This document shows, in pieces, positions 20,290-30,102 of a stretch of DNA of 42,575 nucleotides; position 1 is the stretch's first letter; each line of letters opens with the position of its first letter. A program made the position numbers and the translations under genes. The notes under the pieces are model-generated. The model saw nothing but the letters and a program-made list of their open reading frames with translations. It was not told where the DNA came from and did not search any database. The stretch is taken from sequence record DRR378314_2505. The stretch is one strand, 5' to 3'.

Positions 20290-21498
20290 ATGACGCACGC
20301 CGAGCGCACCACCGAATCCGCCCTGAGCACCTGGCTGATCCTGCTGATGGCCACCACCACCGGCCTGGTGGTGGCCAGCAACTACTACGCCCAGCCGCTG
20401 CTGCACACCATCTCGGATCAGCTCGGCCTGTCCTACGCCCGGGCCGGCATCATCGTCACCGTGGCCCAGGCCAGCTATGCGCTGGGCCTGATCCTGCTGG
20501 TGCCGCTCGGCGACCTGGTGGAGCGCCGGCGCCTGATCGTCACCATGATGCTGTTCGCCACCGCCGGCCTGCTGGTGAGCGCCACCGCCGGCTCCCTGGC
20601 CGCGCTGCTGGTCGGCACCGCCATCACCGGGGCGTTCTCCGTGGTGGCCCAGGTGCTGGTGCCGTTCGCCGCCACCCTGTCGCCGGTGGCGCAGCGCGGC
20701 AAGGTGGTGGGCACGGTGATGAGCGGCCTGCTGATGGGCATCCTGCTGGCCCGCACCGTGGCCGGCGCGCTGTCCAGCCTGGGCGACTGGCACACGGTCT
20801 ACTGGGTGGCGGCGGCGCTCATGCTGCTCAACACCCTGGCCCTGTGGCGCGCCCTGCCCCGCTACGCCCAGACCACTCCCATGCACTACGGGCAGCTGAT
20901 CGGCTCGGTGTTCGCCCAGTTCGCCCGTTACCCGCTGCACCGACAACGGTCCCTGCTGGGCTGCCTGATCTTCGCCATGTTCAGCGTGTTGTGGACCTCG
21001 CTGGCGTTCCTGCTGTCCAGTGAGCCCTGGTCCTATTCCGACGCCACCATCGGCCTGTTCGGTCTCGCCGGCGCCATGGGTGCGCTGTCCGCCCGCCACG
21101 CCGGTGTGCTCACCGACCGGGGTCACGGCGCCCGGCTCACCGTGCTCGGCGTGGTGGCGCTGCTGGTGTCCTGGGGGCTGTTGGGGCTGGGCGGGTATTC
21201 CCTGATCGCGCTGATCGCCGGCATCGTGCTGCTGGACCTGGCGCTGCAGGCGGTGCACATCACCAACATGAACATGATCTTCAACCTGGACGAGGCCGCC
21301 CGGAACCGCCTGAATTCCGGCTACATGTTCCTGTACTTCGTCGGCGGCGCCCTGGGTTCGCTGGGCTCCGCCGCCGCCTACCAGCAAGCCGGCTGGCTGG
21401 GTGTGTGCCTGCTGGGGGGCGGGCTGGGAGTGTTGGCGGTGGGCTATGGGGTGTGGATTACCCGCTTCAGTCCACGCTCTCAAACACCGCCGGGTTGA
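20290..21498 (+). CDS. MFS transporter
   Basis: SNYYAQPLL, PLGDLVERR motif A, about 12 hydrophobic segments; divergent from LysR. Confidence 0.9.
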   Translation: MTHAERTTESALSTWLILLMATTTGLVVASNYYAQPLLHTISDQLGLSYARAGIIVTVAQASYALGLILLVPLGDLVERRRLIVTMMLFATAGLLVSATAGSLAALLVGTAITGAFSVVAQVLVPFAATLSPVAQRGKVVGTVMSGLLMGILLARTVAGALSSLGDWHTVYWVAAALMLLNTLALWRALPRYAQTTPMHYGQLIGSVFAQFARYPLHRQRSLLGCLIFAMFSVLWTSLAFLLSSEPWSYSDATIGLFGLAGAMGALSARHAGVLTDRGHGARLTVLGVVALLVSWGLLGLGGYSLIALIAGIVLLDLALQAVHITNMNMIFNLDEAARNRLNSGYMFLYFVGGALGSLGSAAAYQQAGWLGVCLLGGGLGVLAVGYGVWITRFSPRSQTPPG

Positions 21499-22717
21499 GA
21501 AACATTCGCTGACTCAAGAGCCGGCGATCCACCTCGCTGAGCGTCGCTTCTTCCATTACAGCCGGGAGCTTTTCGCGGATACCGGCGATCTGCTCGCCAA
21601 TGATCTGGTTGGCGCCATCTTCGGACAGTAGAAAATGTTTCGCCGCCCCACGGCAGATATTGAGGTTGCTGAGGCGCCGGTCTCCGTCGATCAGCATCGC
21701 ATGGGAGGCCTCGTTGCCGGTCCGTGCCTGAGGGCAGATGTCATAGGCCGGCGTCAGCGTGAGCGAATCGCCGCTCCAGAAAGCGGCGTGATTACGCGCG
21801 TGGTCATCGGTGTTGCCGCAAAGCACGTTGAACACCAGTCGCCGGAACAACTCACGCAGGGTGGCCGTAGGCTCGGTAAACCGATGGCGGATAATCTCGG
21901 TCAGGGTTTCGTAGCTGGCGTAGCGCGCCATCATCTCATCAAGCTCGAACAAGGTGAGGGCCGACACCATCGCCTTGCGGGCCCAGCCGTTGCCAACCCT
22001 GCTACGGTCGAAGCGTTCAACCAATAACACGTTCTTGCCGGCGACACGCTTCAGTTGCACAGGAGCAACTTGTAGCCCGAGCTCCGCCGCCAAGCGCATC
22101 GCCACATACTCCACCTTCACCACATCGTAGGTGTCGGTGCTGGATGAGAACTTGGCAATGTACTTGAGGTCCCCGCTTTCAATCTCGGCCTTGGGCCGGG
22201 CACCGCCCAGGGAACTGCCGTGGAACAACGCCTGATCCAGCGCCGGCGGCAAGGACTTGCCCGCCTCCACAAAAGCCGCCGCTTCGAGGAGTTGTTCCAG
22301 AGACGCCCCACCGGACTGACGCGGCACATACTCCGAAGCCGAGCGCTGAAAATCCAGCGCCCCCGGGCGGTCCGAACCGGAATTAAGCAGATAGGTGAGC
22401 TCGCCGAGCTGCCCGGGGTCCGTATCACGTCCCGGACGGCCCAACAGCCGATTCAAAACCACCCGGCGGCCCCAGGCATCCGGCGCGCCGTCACGCAAAC
22501 AGCCCGACATCGACAGCCCCGGCAACGGGGCGATGGCACCGCGCCGCAAAGGCAGCTCAGGCAGGTACAACGGGATAGCGTCATCACGGTCCAGATAGCT
22601 GCGGCCGTAATTAAATGCCAGCCGAGCCCCTTCCTGATACAGGCGCCCCGCCACCACCGGCTCGCTCCGGCCGGGCAGCCACACCCAAACGTAGGCTTCG
22701 TGATCGTTAGAAGTCAT
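21467..22717 (-). CDS. hipA: HipA family Ser/Thr kinase toxin
   Basis: N-terminal couple domain (PDAWGR), SSLGGARPK P-loop, ERFDR, NTDDHARNH, LTPAYD. Confidence 0.9.
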   Translation of the reverse strand: MTSNDHEAYVWVWLPGRSEPVVAGRLYQEGARLAFNYGRSYLDRDDAIPLYLPELPLRRGAIAPLPGLSMSGCLRDGAPDAWGRRVVLNRLLGRPGRDTDPGQLGELTYLLNSGSDRPGALDFQRSASEYVPRQSGGASLEQLLEAAAFVEAGKSLPPALDQALFHGSSLGGARPKAEIESGDLKYIAKFSSSTDTYDVVKVEYVAMRLAAELGLQVAPVQLKRVAGKNVLLVERFDRSRVGNGWARKAMVSALTLFELDEMMARYASYETLTEIIRHRFTEPTATLRELFRRLVFNVLCGNTDDHARNHAAFWSGDSLTLTPAYDICPQARTGNEASHAMLIDGDRRLSNLNICRGAAKHFLLSEDGANQIIGEQIAGIREKLPAVMEEATLSEVDRRLLSQRMFLNPAVFESVD

Positions 22718-23045
22718 CCTTCACATCCTTGTCGGACGTCCGCACCGACCGGGGCAGCAGCCGCAGGGTGTACTCCGTCTCCGCCACCCGGGACGCCAAC
22801 TCCGCTGGCGAGGCCTCGAACAACGGCACCCCGACAATCGCCGCCGCCTCGAACACGGCACCGATGGCGCACCCCATTTCCCCTCGCTCAATGCGCTGCA
22901 CCAGCCCGCGCGAGATCCCGGCGCGCTCGGCCAGGGCCTCGGCGGTGAGACCCTGCTCGATGCGAGCACGACGAATCAGCCGGCCCAGAAGCTGGGCGGC
23001 ATCGCGACTGTAGCGTGAATATGAGCGATTATCGGGCTTGGCCAT
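22707..23045 (-). CDS. hipB: HipB-like XRE HTH antitoxin
   Basis: LTAEALAERAGISRGLVQRIERG; overlaps the hipA start. Confidence 0.8.
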   Translation of the reverse strand: MAKPDNRSYSRYSRDAAQLLGRLIRRARIEQGLTAEALAERAGISRGLVQRIERGEMGCAIGAVFEAAAIVGVPLFEASPAELASRVAETEYTLRLLPRSVRTSDKDVKDDF

Positions 23046-23093
23046 GATCCATTAATAAGTCATAAATAAGGTCAGTGATTACTTTATAGACCA
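23045..23093. promoter_or_regulatory. Two 18-bp imperfect palindromes, probable hipBA operators
   Basis: TGATCCATTAATAAGTCA (23045-23062) and TGATTACTTTATAGACCA (23076-23093) abut the hipB start in an AT-rich patch. Confidence 0.5.
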
Positions 23094-23183
23094 TTCCTAG
23101 CGTAAGCAAGAACGGAGCTTCAGGCTGTCGATGCCTGACCGGCCGGATCGACTACCGGGTACACAACCGATAGGAAGCGAACC

Positions 23184-23978
23184 ATGCCCAATCAACACGG
23201 CGAATTTATCTGGTACGAACTGGCCACCGACAACGCGGACGCCGCCCAGCACTTCTACAGCGCCATTCTCGGCTGGCGGGTCACCGACAGCGGCCAGCCC
23301 GGCGTGGATTACCGGATTCTCCACGCCCCCGACGAGGACACCGGCGAGTGGCGCCCCATAGGCGGCGTGATGCCGCTTAGCGAAGAGATGAAACAATGTG
23401 GCGCCCGGCCAATATGGCTGGGCTATATCGGCGTCGACGATGTCGATCAAACCGTTGCCAGGGTCACCGCCCTGGGCGGCAGCGTGCAAATGCCCGCCAG
23501 GGACATCCCCGGCGTGGGCCGGCTCGCCATGGTGACCGACCCGCAGGGCACGCCCTTCTATATGATGCGCGGCCACAGCGACCAGACCAGCCTGGCGTTC
23601 GCCTCCGACCGCCCGCGCGTGGGCCACTGCGCCTGGAACGAACTGGGCACCACCGACCCCGGCATCGCGAAAGCCTTCTACTTCGAGGCGTTCGGCTGGA
23701 CCAAGGACGGCGAGATGGACATGGGCCCGATGGGCGCCTACGAATTTATCCGCCATAACGGCGTGATCGGCGCCATCATGCCCAAGCCCGACGACATGCC
23801 GGTGCCGATGTGGCACTACTATTTCCGAGTCGCCGACATCGACGCCGCGATCCAGGCAATCACCGATGGCGGGGAAATCCTGCACGGCCCGGATGAGATC
23901 CCCGGCGGCGACGTTATCGTCAAAGGGTTTGACCCTCAGGGTGCGTTGTTCGCGCTGGTGGGGGCCCGGCGGGCCTGA
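23184..23978 (+). CDS. Tandem-domain VOC family protein
   Basis: Two repeats of W.EL.T...A..FY...FGW ... DPQG. Confidence 0.88.
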   Translation: MPNQHGEFIWYELATDNADAAQHFYSAILGWRVTDSGQPGVDYRILHAPDEDTGEWRPIGGVMPLSEEMKQCGARPIWLGYIGVDDVDQTVARVTALGGSVQMPARDIPGVGRLAMVTDPQGTPFYMMRGHSDQTSLAFASDRPRVGHCAWNELGTTDPGIAKAFYFEAFGWTKDGEMDMGPMGAYEFIRHNGVIGAIMPKPDDMPVPMWHYYFRVADIDAAIQAITDGGEILHGPDEIPGGDVIVKGFDPQGALFALVGARRA

Positions 23979-24113
23979 GCGTCCCTGGCATTCCGGCCAG
24001 TTATGCGCACTGGTGTCTTTCAGGCTGTACTTTCAGGCCAATGCCTTTCACGCGCAGGGCGCGGCATAGTGGGATTCTTGGTTTGCCGCCCAACCCGACG
24101 CGAGGAAGCACGC

Positions 24114-24920
24114 ATGAGCACCGCACTGATCACCGGGGCCTCCAGTGGCATCGGCCTGGACATCGCCCGGCAATTGGCCGCGCGCGGCCTGAACCTGATA
24201 CTGGTCGCCCGCCGCAAAGAGCTGCTGGACACGCTTGCCGATGAATTGGCCGCCAGCCACGGCATTACCGCCACGGCACTGGCCTGTGACCTGGCCGACC
24301 GGCAGAGTCTGGGTGCGCTGTTCGATGACGTGGATGCCACCCTCGCCAAGCACAACGACCACCTGACAGTGCTGGTCAACAACGCCGGCACCGGCTTCTG
24401 GGCGCCGTTCGCCGACCAGGACCTGGCCGGCCTGCAGCGGGATATCGATCTCAACGTCACCGCGCTCACCACCCTCAGCCACGGCTTTATCAACCGCGCC
24501 CGCGCCCACGGGCAACGCAGTTATCTGATGAACGTGGCCTCCCTGGCCGGCATCCTGCCCACGCCCCAATACGCGACCTACTCCGGCACCAAAGGCTATG
24601 TGCGGTTCTTCACCGAAATCCTGGATTACGAGCTGCGCGACAGCCCCATCAGCGTCACGGCCGCCTGCCCCGGCGGCGTGCTCACGCCCTTCCTGGACCA
24701 GGCCGGCCAAACCGTGAAAAAACAAACCGGCATCATGACCGCCCCCGAAGTCGCCAAACTCTGCGTGGACGCCATGTACGCCGGCAAGGTGGTGTACGTC
24801 CCCGGCCTGCTGAACAAGATTGCCGTCTACACCAACCTGCTGCCCCGCCGCCTGCGCGGCTGGCTGCTGGAACGCAGCATGATGGTGAGCGTGGAGGCGC
24901 GGCCGGATGCGAGCCGCTAG
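24114..24920 (+). CDS. Short-chain dehydrogenase/reductase
   Basis: TGASSGIG, NNAG, NVAS, YSGTK. Confidence 0.92.
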   Translation: MSTALITGASSGIGLDIARQLAARGLNLILVARRKELLDTLADELAASHGITATALACDLADRQSLGALFDDVDATLAKHNDHLTVLVNNAGTGFWAPFADQDLAGLQRDIDLNVTALTTLSHGFINRARAHGQRSYLMNVASLAGILPTPQYATYSGTKGYVRFFTEILDYELRDSPISVTAACPGGVLTPFLDQAGQTVKKQTGIMTAPEVAKLCVDAMYAGKVVYVPGLLNKIAVYTNLLPRRLRGWLLERSMMVSVEARPDASR

Positions 24921-27304
24921 CTCAAGGTGGTGACGAACTCGCCAATAACCCGCAGATCGCTGGCCGCGTCTTCGGTCAGCTCGATATCCCGGTAGCCGAA
25001 CAGGCGGCTCTCCGGCTTCAGCACGATGCGGGTGTGGTACCACTGGCCGTCGTCGTCCTCTGACTTCTCGCTGTGGTAGCGCTTTACGGTGTAGCGCCCA
25101 CCGGTGTCGGCGTCCTGGATGTCGCGATGGGATACCAGCACGATCTTGCCTTCACGGCTGCCGGCGGGCTTGGCGCGGAACAGGCACCAGGTGCCGCTGG
25201 GAATGCGCTGATTCATGGATTCGCCCACCACGCGGGTGACGAAATGGCCCGGCTCCGCCTTCAGCCAGTCCGGCCGCTGCATCCAGTCACAGTCTTCCAC
25301 CGCCTGCGGGTCGCTGAATTCGCCGGCGGCCACGGCCAGGTCATACACCGGCAGGGCGTTTTCGAACGGCACCACCTCCTGCGTATCCAGCAGCGGGTAC
25401 GGCAGGGCCTCGTAGTCCGCCGCCCGCATCACCGGGTTGGCGGAAGGCGTCTGTATCTGCTCCCGGAACCAGGCGTTGGTCTCCGGGTCGGTGCAGAACA
25501 CAAAGCAGCCTTTCATGCCCCGGGTCATCAGTGTGCGGTAGGTGTTCTTGATGATCTCGTCGGCTTCGCGCTTCGCCGTCTCCGGGTCCTCTTTATAGAG
25601 CTTCCGGATGCCGCGCACCGAACGGTCCATGGACGACCGCTTGCGGCCATCGGTCTGGATCTCGCCGTCGCGCACGATCAGGTCCGGGCCGATAATCACA
25701 CCCACGTAATCCAGTTCGAGACCCTGGATGGTGTGGATACAGCCGATCTGCTCCACCGAGTGTTCCGCCAGAGCCCACAGGCTGCCGTCCCGGGTCAGGT
25801 TCCACTGCGCGGCGAAATCATGCTCCGGCAGTTCGATATCCATGGCAACCGGGTCTTTCTTGCTCTTCCAGTCCCAGCAATAGCCGGCCACCATCCGTGC
25901 GCGGTTGTTGGCGTTGCGCGACACGATGGCCTGGCGCAGCGCCTGCGGCGAGTCCACCACTTGAATGTCGTAGTCCACGGACTCGAGGTCATCGTTGGCG
26001 GTATCGCGGATTTGCAGTAACTGATCGACGAACGCCAGATAACCGTCCGAGCCGCCGCAGCGGAACTGCGAGGCGAGCCCCAGCTCCGTAACCTCGGCGC
26101 CCAGACGTTCCGCCCAGCGCCGAATCTCCGCCCGCGAGCCCACGTCTTTCAGGGTGACGCGCTGCGCCTCGTCCACGAAGAACACCGACAGCCGGGCCGC
26201 CTGCATGATCTCCTTGATCTGGTGCTCGCCCTGGTTGCCGTAGAGGCCGCTTTTCTCATTCAGGCGGTGCGCCTCATCCACCAGCAACGCCCCGAAGCTG
26301 TCCGGCGCGGTATCCATAAACGACCCGGAGCCACGGAACATATTGCTGATGCGGCTCTTCTTGAACGAGCCGGTGAGCTGCGCCTCGTATACCGCCCGGG
26401 GCGCCGCGTTGCGTGAGACGTATTGGGCAGCCATATCGCGGCCGGTAAGGCGGGCCAGCAGGTTGATGGCCAGCACGGACTTTCCGGTGCCCGGGCCGCC
26501 CTCAACGATCAGCACCTGCCGCTTGCCCTGTTGCGCTCGGTGGGCCAGCTCCAGGGCGGTCTCGAACGCCACCTTCTGATCATCGATCATGACGAAGGCG
26601 TCGTTGCCCTGAAGCATGGTCAGCACCGCATCCGCAAGGCTGCGCGACGGGCGAATGCGACCATTCTCTATGCGGTAAAGCAGGTCCCGGTCATCGCCAT
26701 AGCGCACATGCTGCTTCAGAAAATCGGCCAGCCGCTCCACATCCCGGGAAATAAACACCGGCGCCTGGCTGGTGTGCGGCGCGTACACCGGATCGTTCAC
26801 CGCACTGCCGTCGTCCATATTGTGCAGGTAGGCGCAAGGCACCAGGCGAATAGACTCGGCGCGAACGGTTTCGTTGTAGTCTCTGATCAGGCTCGCGTAG
26901 GTCCACGCCTGATAAGACGGGTGGCTGGTCTCGCGCCAGCCGCCGCCCAGCGGCGTGCGGATAATGCCGTCCTTGTGCGACAACGGTTCGGCCTGCTGCC
27001 ACTGCTTCAGCTCGACGATGACAGCGGTCTCCTGCCGCTGTTCGTTGGCGCCACTGAGAATGAAGTCGATGCGCTTACTGGTCAGCGGGATGTGGTACTC
27101 CAGGGAAACGCCGGCGTCATCCGGAATCGCCTGATCCAGCATCAAGTTGGACATGAACTGCAGCGAGTGGCGCCAGGAATCCACCTCCTTGGCCGCCACC
27201 GAGCGTGACAGCCGACGCCGGAACTCGAGCAGAATCTTTTCATGAATGCGATTAAGGCGGACGTCTTCAATAAACGTCTTCTTCTTAGCGGTATAAACAA
27301 TCAT
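24917..27304 (-). CDS. Nuclease-like + DUF2075 (Schlafen-type SF1) helicase + C-terminal S24 peptidase fusion
   Basis: RIDFIL...IVELKQW (PD-(D/E)xK-like), GGPGTGKS, VDEAH, QFRC, HTIQGLE, YRTLMTRG; C-terminal VAAG, GESM, VKR. Confidence 0.85.
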   Translation of the reverse strand: MIVYTAKKKTFIEDVRLNRIHEKILLEFRRRLSRSVAAKEVDSWRHSLQFMSNLMLDQAIPDDAGVSLEYHIPLTSKRIDFILSGANEQRQETAVIVELKQWQQAEPLSHKDGIIRTPLGGGWRETSHPSYQAWTYASLIRDYNETVRAESIRLVPCAYLHNMDDGSAVNDPVYAPHTSQAPVFISRDVERLADFLKQHVRYGDDRDLLYRIENGRIRPSRSLADAVLTMLQGNDAFVMIDDQKVAFETALELAHRAQQGKRQVLIVEGGPGTGKSVLAINLLARLTGRDMAAQYVSRNAAPRAVYEAQLTGSFKKSRISNMFRGSGSFMDTAPDSFGALLVDEAHRLNEKSGLYGNQGEHQIKEIMQAARLSVFFVDEAQRVTLKDVGSRAEIRRWAERLGAEVTELGLASQFRCGGSDGYLAFVDQLLQIRDTANDDLESVDYDIQVVDSPQALRQAIVSRNANNRARMVAGYCWDWKSKKDPVAMDIELPEHDFAAQWNLTRDGSLWALAEHSVEQIGCIHTIQGLELDYVGVIIGPDLIVRDGEIQTDGRKRSSMDRSVRGIRKLYKEDPETAKREADEIIKNTYRTLMTRGMKGCFVFCTDPETNAWFREQIQTPSANPVMRAADYEALPYPLLDTQEVVPFENALPVYDLAVAAGEFSDPQAVEDCDWMQRPDWLKAEPGHFVTRVVGESMNQRIPSGTWCLFRAKPAGSREGKIVLVSHRDIQDADTGGRYTVKRYHSEKSEDDDGQWYHTRIVLKPESRLFGYRDIELTEDAASDLRVIGEFVTTLS

Positions 27305-27672
27305 GAACCGTCGTCGTCCTTGTTCTGATACGCCGTGTACTTGCGCGCCGAACCGCGTGCCTGATCGGCGGGATAACGGGCTTCGTTAATGGCCATCTTC
27401 TCTTCCACGGCTTTCGGGATATCCACGCCCAGCTTGTCCGCCAGTCGCAACAGGTAGATCTGCACATCCGCGATCTCATGGGCGGCCGCGCGATGCTGCT
27501 CCGGCGTCAGCTCGTAGGACTGCGCCTCCGTCAGCCACTGGAACAGGTCCAGCAACTCGGACACCTCGCCACCCAGCGCCATGGTCAAGTTCTTGGGCGA
27601 ATGGAACTGGTCCCAGTCGCGCGCCTCGGCGAAGGCGCGCGCTTTGTCGCTGAGGCGCTGGAAGTCGGACAT
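27301..27672 (-). CDS. MazG-like nucleotide pyrophosphohydrolase
   Basis: RDWDQFHSPKNL, EVSELLDLFQW, EIADV, KMAINEARYP; ATGA overlap with the helicase gene. Confidence 0.9.
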   Translation of the reverse strand: MSDFQRLSDKARAFAEARDWDQFHSPKNLTMALGGEVSELLDLFQWLTEAQSYELTPEQHRAAAHEIADVQIYLLRLADKLGVDIPKAVEEKMAINEARYPADQARGSARKYTAYQNKDDDGS

Positions 27673-27723
27673 GGTGGTTCCCCGTAACGTTAAAAGTTGG
27701 CTCAGCGCCCGCTGGCTCAAGCG

Positions 27724-28047
27724 CTAAGCGGCGTCCAACGGCGTAATCCGCGACACCTCATCCTTAGCGGATTGCGACGCGGCCCATAAATCCACCGCGC
27801 GCTGCGCGTTAAGCCAGAACTCCGGTGAATTGCCGAACAAACGACCGAGCCGCAGCGCCATCTCCGGGCTGACCGCGCGGCGCTCGCGCAACAGTTCATT
27901 CACCGACTGCCGCGAAACGCCCAAACGCTCAGCAAGCTGCGCCACCGTCAGCCCATAGTCCGGAATGAAGTCCTCTCTCAGCATTTCGCCGGGATGCGTT
28001 GGCTTACGCTGGATGCCGGCGGTATTGGAAATCGTCATGTTAACCAC
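27724..28047 (-). CDS. higA: HigA antitoxin
   Basis: PTHPGEMLREDF, HTH, SPEMALRLGRLFGNSPEFWLNAQ. Confidence 0.92.
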   Translation of the reverse strand: MVNMTISNTAGIQRKPTHPGEMLREDFIPDYGLTVAQLAERLGVSRQSVNELLRERRAVSPEMALRLGRLFGNSPEFWLNAQRAVDLWAASQSAKDEVSRITPLDAA

Positions 28048-28053
28048 CTCTCT

Positions 28054-28335
28054 TTAATGGTAATCGCAGACCTCAACGTCATACGCATCGCCATCCTCAA
28101 AACGAAAGCAGATACGCCACTGATCGTTAATCGAAATGGCGTGCTGACCTTGTCGGTTACCGGAAAGCGCATGCAGTTTGTTACCCGGGGGCACCCTCAG
28201 GTCATCCAGACACGTCGCCAAATCCACATACTCAAGCTTACGCGCTGCCCTTGAGGCCACATCGGGAGGAAACTTCTTTGCCTTGCCTTTGGCATAGAGC
28301 TCCTGGGAACGCTTGTCCGTAAACGTCTTGATCAT
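28054..28335 (-). CDS. higB: HigB (RelE-family) toxin
   Basis: LRVPPGNKLHALSGNRQGQHAISINDQWRICF...DYH. Confidence 0.92.
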   Translation of the reverse strand: MIKTFTDKRSQELYAKGKAKKFPPDVASRAARKLEYVDLATCLDDLRVPPGNKLHALSGNRQGQHAISINDQWRICFRFEDGDAYDVEVCDYH

Positions 28336-28342
28336 GCCCACA

Positions 28343-28371
28343 ACCGTATTCTGTCACGTGACACTTGTCAA
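28343..28371 (-). promoter_or_regulatory. higBA sigma70 promoter with palindromic operator
   Basis: TTGACA-17 bp-TACGGT; perfect palindrome TGTCACGTGACA (28352-28363) in the spacer; ATG 7 nt after the -10. Confidence 0.7.
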
Positions 28372-29522
28372 CCAAGCTCACGGGGATGCTCCGCGACCAA
28401 ACTCTCCCGCGAAATCTCCCCAACCGCCCTGGCCCCAGTCAACGTCATCGCCACCTTCATCTCGCTGGCGATCAGGTCCAGCAGGTTGGCCACGCCCTGC
28501 TCGCCGGCGGCGGCGAGAGCGTAGACGAAGGGGCGGCCGAGCAGCACGCCGTCGGCGCCCAGGGCGAGCATGCGCACCACGTCCAGGCCGGAGCGGACGC
28601 CGGAATCCGCCAGGATCGTCAGGTCGCCCTGCACGGCGTCGGCGATGGCCGGCAGGGCCCGGGCCGAGGAGAGCACGCCATCGAGCTGGCGCCCGCCGTG
28701 GTTGGAGACCACGATGCCGTCCGCGCCGAACCGCACCGCCTCGCGGGCGTCCTCCGGATCGAGAATGCCCTTGAGCACCATGGCGCCCTGCCAATACTCC
28801 CGAATCCATTCCAGATCCCGCCAGCCGATGGACGGATCGAAGTTCTCGCCCAGCCAGCCGATGTAATCCTCCAGCTGGATGCGGTGGCCCAGATAGGCCG
28901 ACACATTGCCCAGATCGTGGGGCCGCCCGCGCAGGCCCACGTCCCACGCCCAGCGCGGGTGCGTCACCGCCTGCAGCACCCGCCGCCAGGCCGCGAACGG
29001 CCCGGACATCCCCGAATGCCGATCGCGATAGCGCGCCCCCGGCACCGGCATATCCACCGTGAACACCAGGGTCCGCACCCCCGCCGCCCAGGCCCGCTCC
29101 AGCGCGTTTTTCATGAAACCTCGGTCGCGCAGCACATACAGCTGAAACCACATCGGCCGCATCATCGCCGGCTGCACCTCCTCGATGGGACACACCGACA
29201 CCGACGACAACGTAAACGGCACGCCCCGCGACGCCGCCGCCCGCGCCGCCTGCACCTCGCCCCGCCGCGCGTACATCCCGGTGAGCCCCACCGGCGCCAG
29301 CGCCACCGGCAGGCTCACATCCTCCCCGAACCACCGCGCCGACAGATCCACCTCCCCCACCTCCTTCAACACCCGCTGCCGCAACGCCAGAGCGCGCAGA
29401 TCCGCCACATTGCGCGCCAGGGTGTGCTCGTCGTACGCGCCCCCGTCGATGTAGTGGAACAGGAACGGCGGCAGGCGGCGTTGGGCGGCGAGGCGGTAAT
29501 CGTGGGTGGAGGAGATGATCAT
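28368..29522 (-). CDS. lldD: FMN-dependent L-lactate dehydrogenase
   Basis: [46 protein letters not shown]. Confidence 0.92.
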   Translation of the reverse strand: MIISSTHDYRLAAQRRLPPFLFHYIDGGAYDEHTLARNVADLRALALRQRVLKEVGEVDLSARWFGEDVSLPVALAPVGLTGMYARRGEVQAARAAASRGVPFTLSSVSVCPIEEVQPAMMRPMWFQLYVLRDRGFMKNALERAWAAGVRTLVFTVDMPVPGARYRDRHSGMSGPFAAWRRVLQAVTHPRWAWDVGLRGRPHDLGNVSAYLGHRIQLEDYIGWLGENFDPSIGWRDLEWIREYWQGAMVLKGILDPEDAREAVRFGADGIVVSNHGGRQLDGVLSSARALPAIADAVQGDLTILADSGVRSGLDVVRMLALGADGVLLGRPFVYALAAAGEQGVANLLDLIASEMKVAMTLTGARAVGEISRESLVAEHPRELG

Positions 29523-29587
29523 GGTTGTCTCCTGGTGGGGTGGCGAACCGAGAAGCCCGAAGAGGAAGTATTCGAATTGCGTACGAA

Positions 29588-29818
29588 CTAAAGGCCCGCC
29601 TCACTGAACAATTGGGCAGCGGAGACATTCAACGCCCTGGCGATACGCAGGATGTTCGCCAGGGAGACGTTGCGCTCTCCTCGCTCCACCGCGCCGATAT
29701 AGGTGCGATGAATCCCAACCTCGGTGGCGAAGGCTTCCTGGGAAATACCGGCAGCCCGTCTCCGCTCCCGAATCACGGAACCCAGCTTTTTCTGTGCGTC
29801 ATCAATGTGAGTAGTCAT
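29588..29818 (-). CDS. XRE HTH protein of RM controller (C-protein) type
   Basis: SQEAFA...[22 protein letters not shown]-box directly upstream. Confidence 0.85.
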   Translation of the reverse strand: MTTHIDDAQKKLGSVIRERRRAAGISQEAFATEVGIHRTYIGAVERGERNVSLANILRIARALNVSAAQLFSEAGL

Positions 29819-29837
29819 ATTTCAAATTGTTCTTATA

Positions 29838-29870
29838 GATGACTATAAATCTACACACTATGAGTAGCAT
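29838..29870 (-). promoter_or_regulatory. PvuII-type C-box (two operators with TGTA spacer)
   Basis: Minus strand ATGC-TACTCATAGTG-TGTA-GATTTATAGTC-ATC fits GACT-N3-AGTC-TGTA-GACT-N3-AGTC; ends 22 nt before the C gene ATG. Confidence 0.8.
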
Positions 29871-29928
29871 ATCCGGCCATCATATCCTATGATGACTTTA
29901 CGTATCATCGAAACTCATGGAGGGAATC

Positions 29929-30072
29929 ATGAGAAAGCGTAAGCCGAACATCGAAATCGGGCACTATCGTGGTAGCCGGTATTGGGGCGTTTGGGTTGAT
30001 TCGGAGCTTTTGGCTGTGGTGTGCTACCGAAAAGATGCTGAGGCGATAAAATCAGCGCTACTAAATGGTTGA
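29929..30072 (+). CDS. 47-aa hypothetical protein, missing from the ORF track
   Basis: GGAGGG RBS; MRKRKPNIEIGHYRGSRYWGVWVDSELLAVVCYRKDAEAIKSALLNG*. Confidence 0.6.
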   Translation: MRKRKPNIEIGHYRGSRYWGVWVDSELLAVVCYRKDAEAIKSALLNG

Positions 30073-30102
30073 AAGGATTGTTGCTAAAGGGGGAGAGGGG
30101 AC

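Noticed and set aside
28365-29628. Long alternative ORFs over lldD, and similar shadow ORFs (e.g. 50-931, 1201-2289, 20272-21483)
   Set aside because: Antisense or frame-shifted shadows typical of high-GC genes; no motifs.
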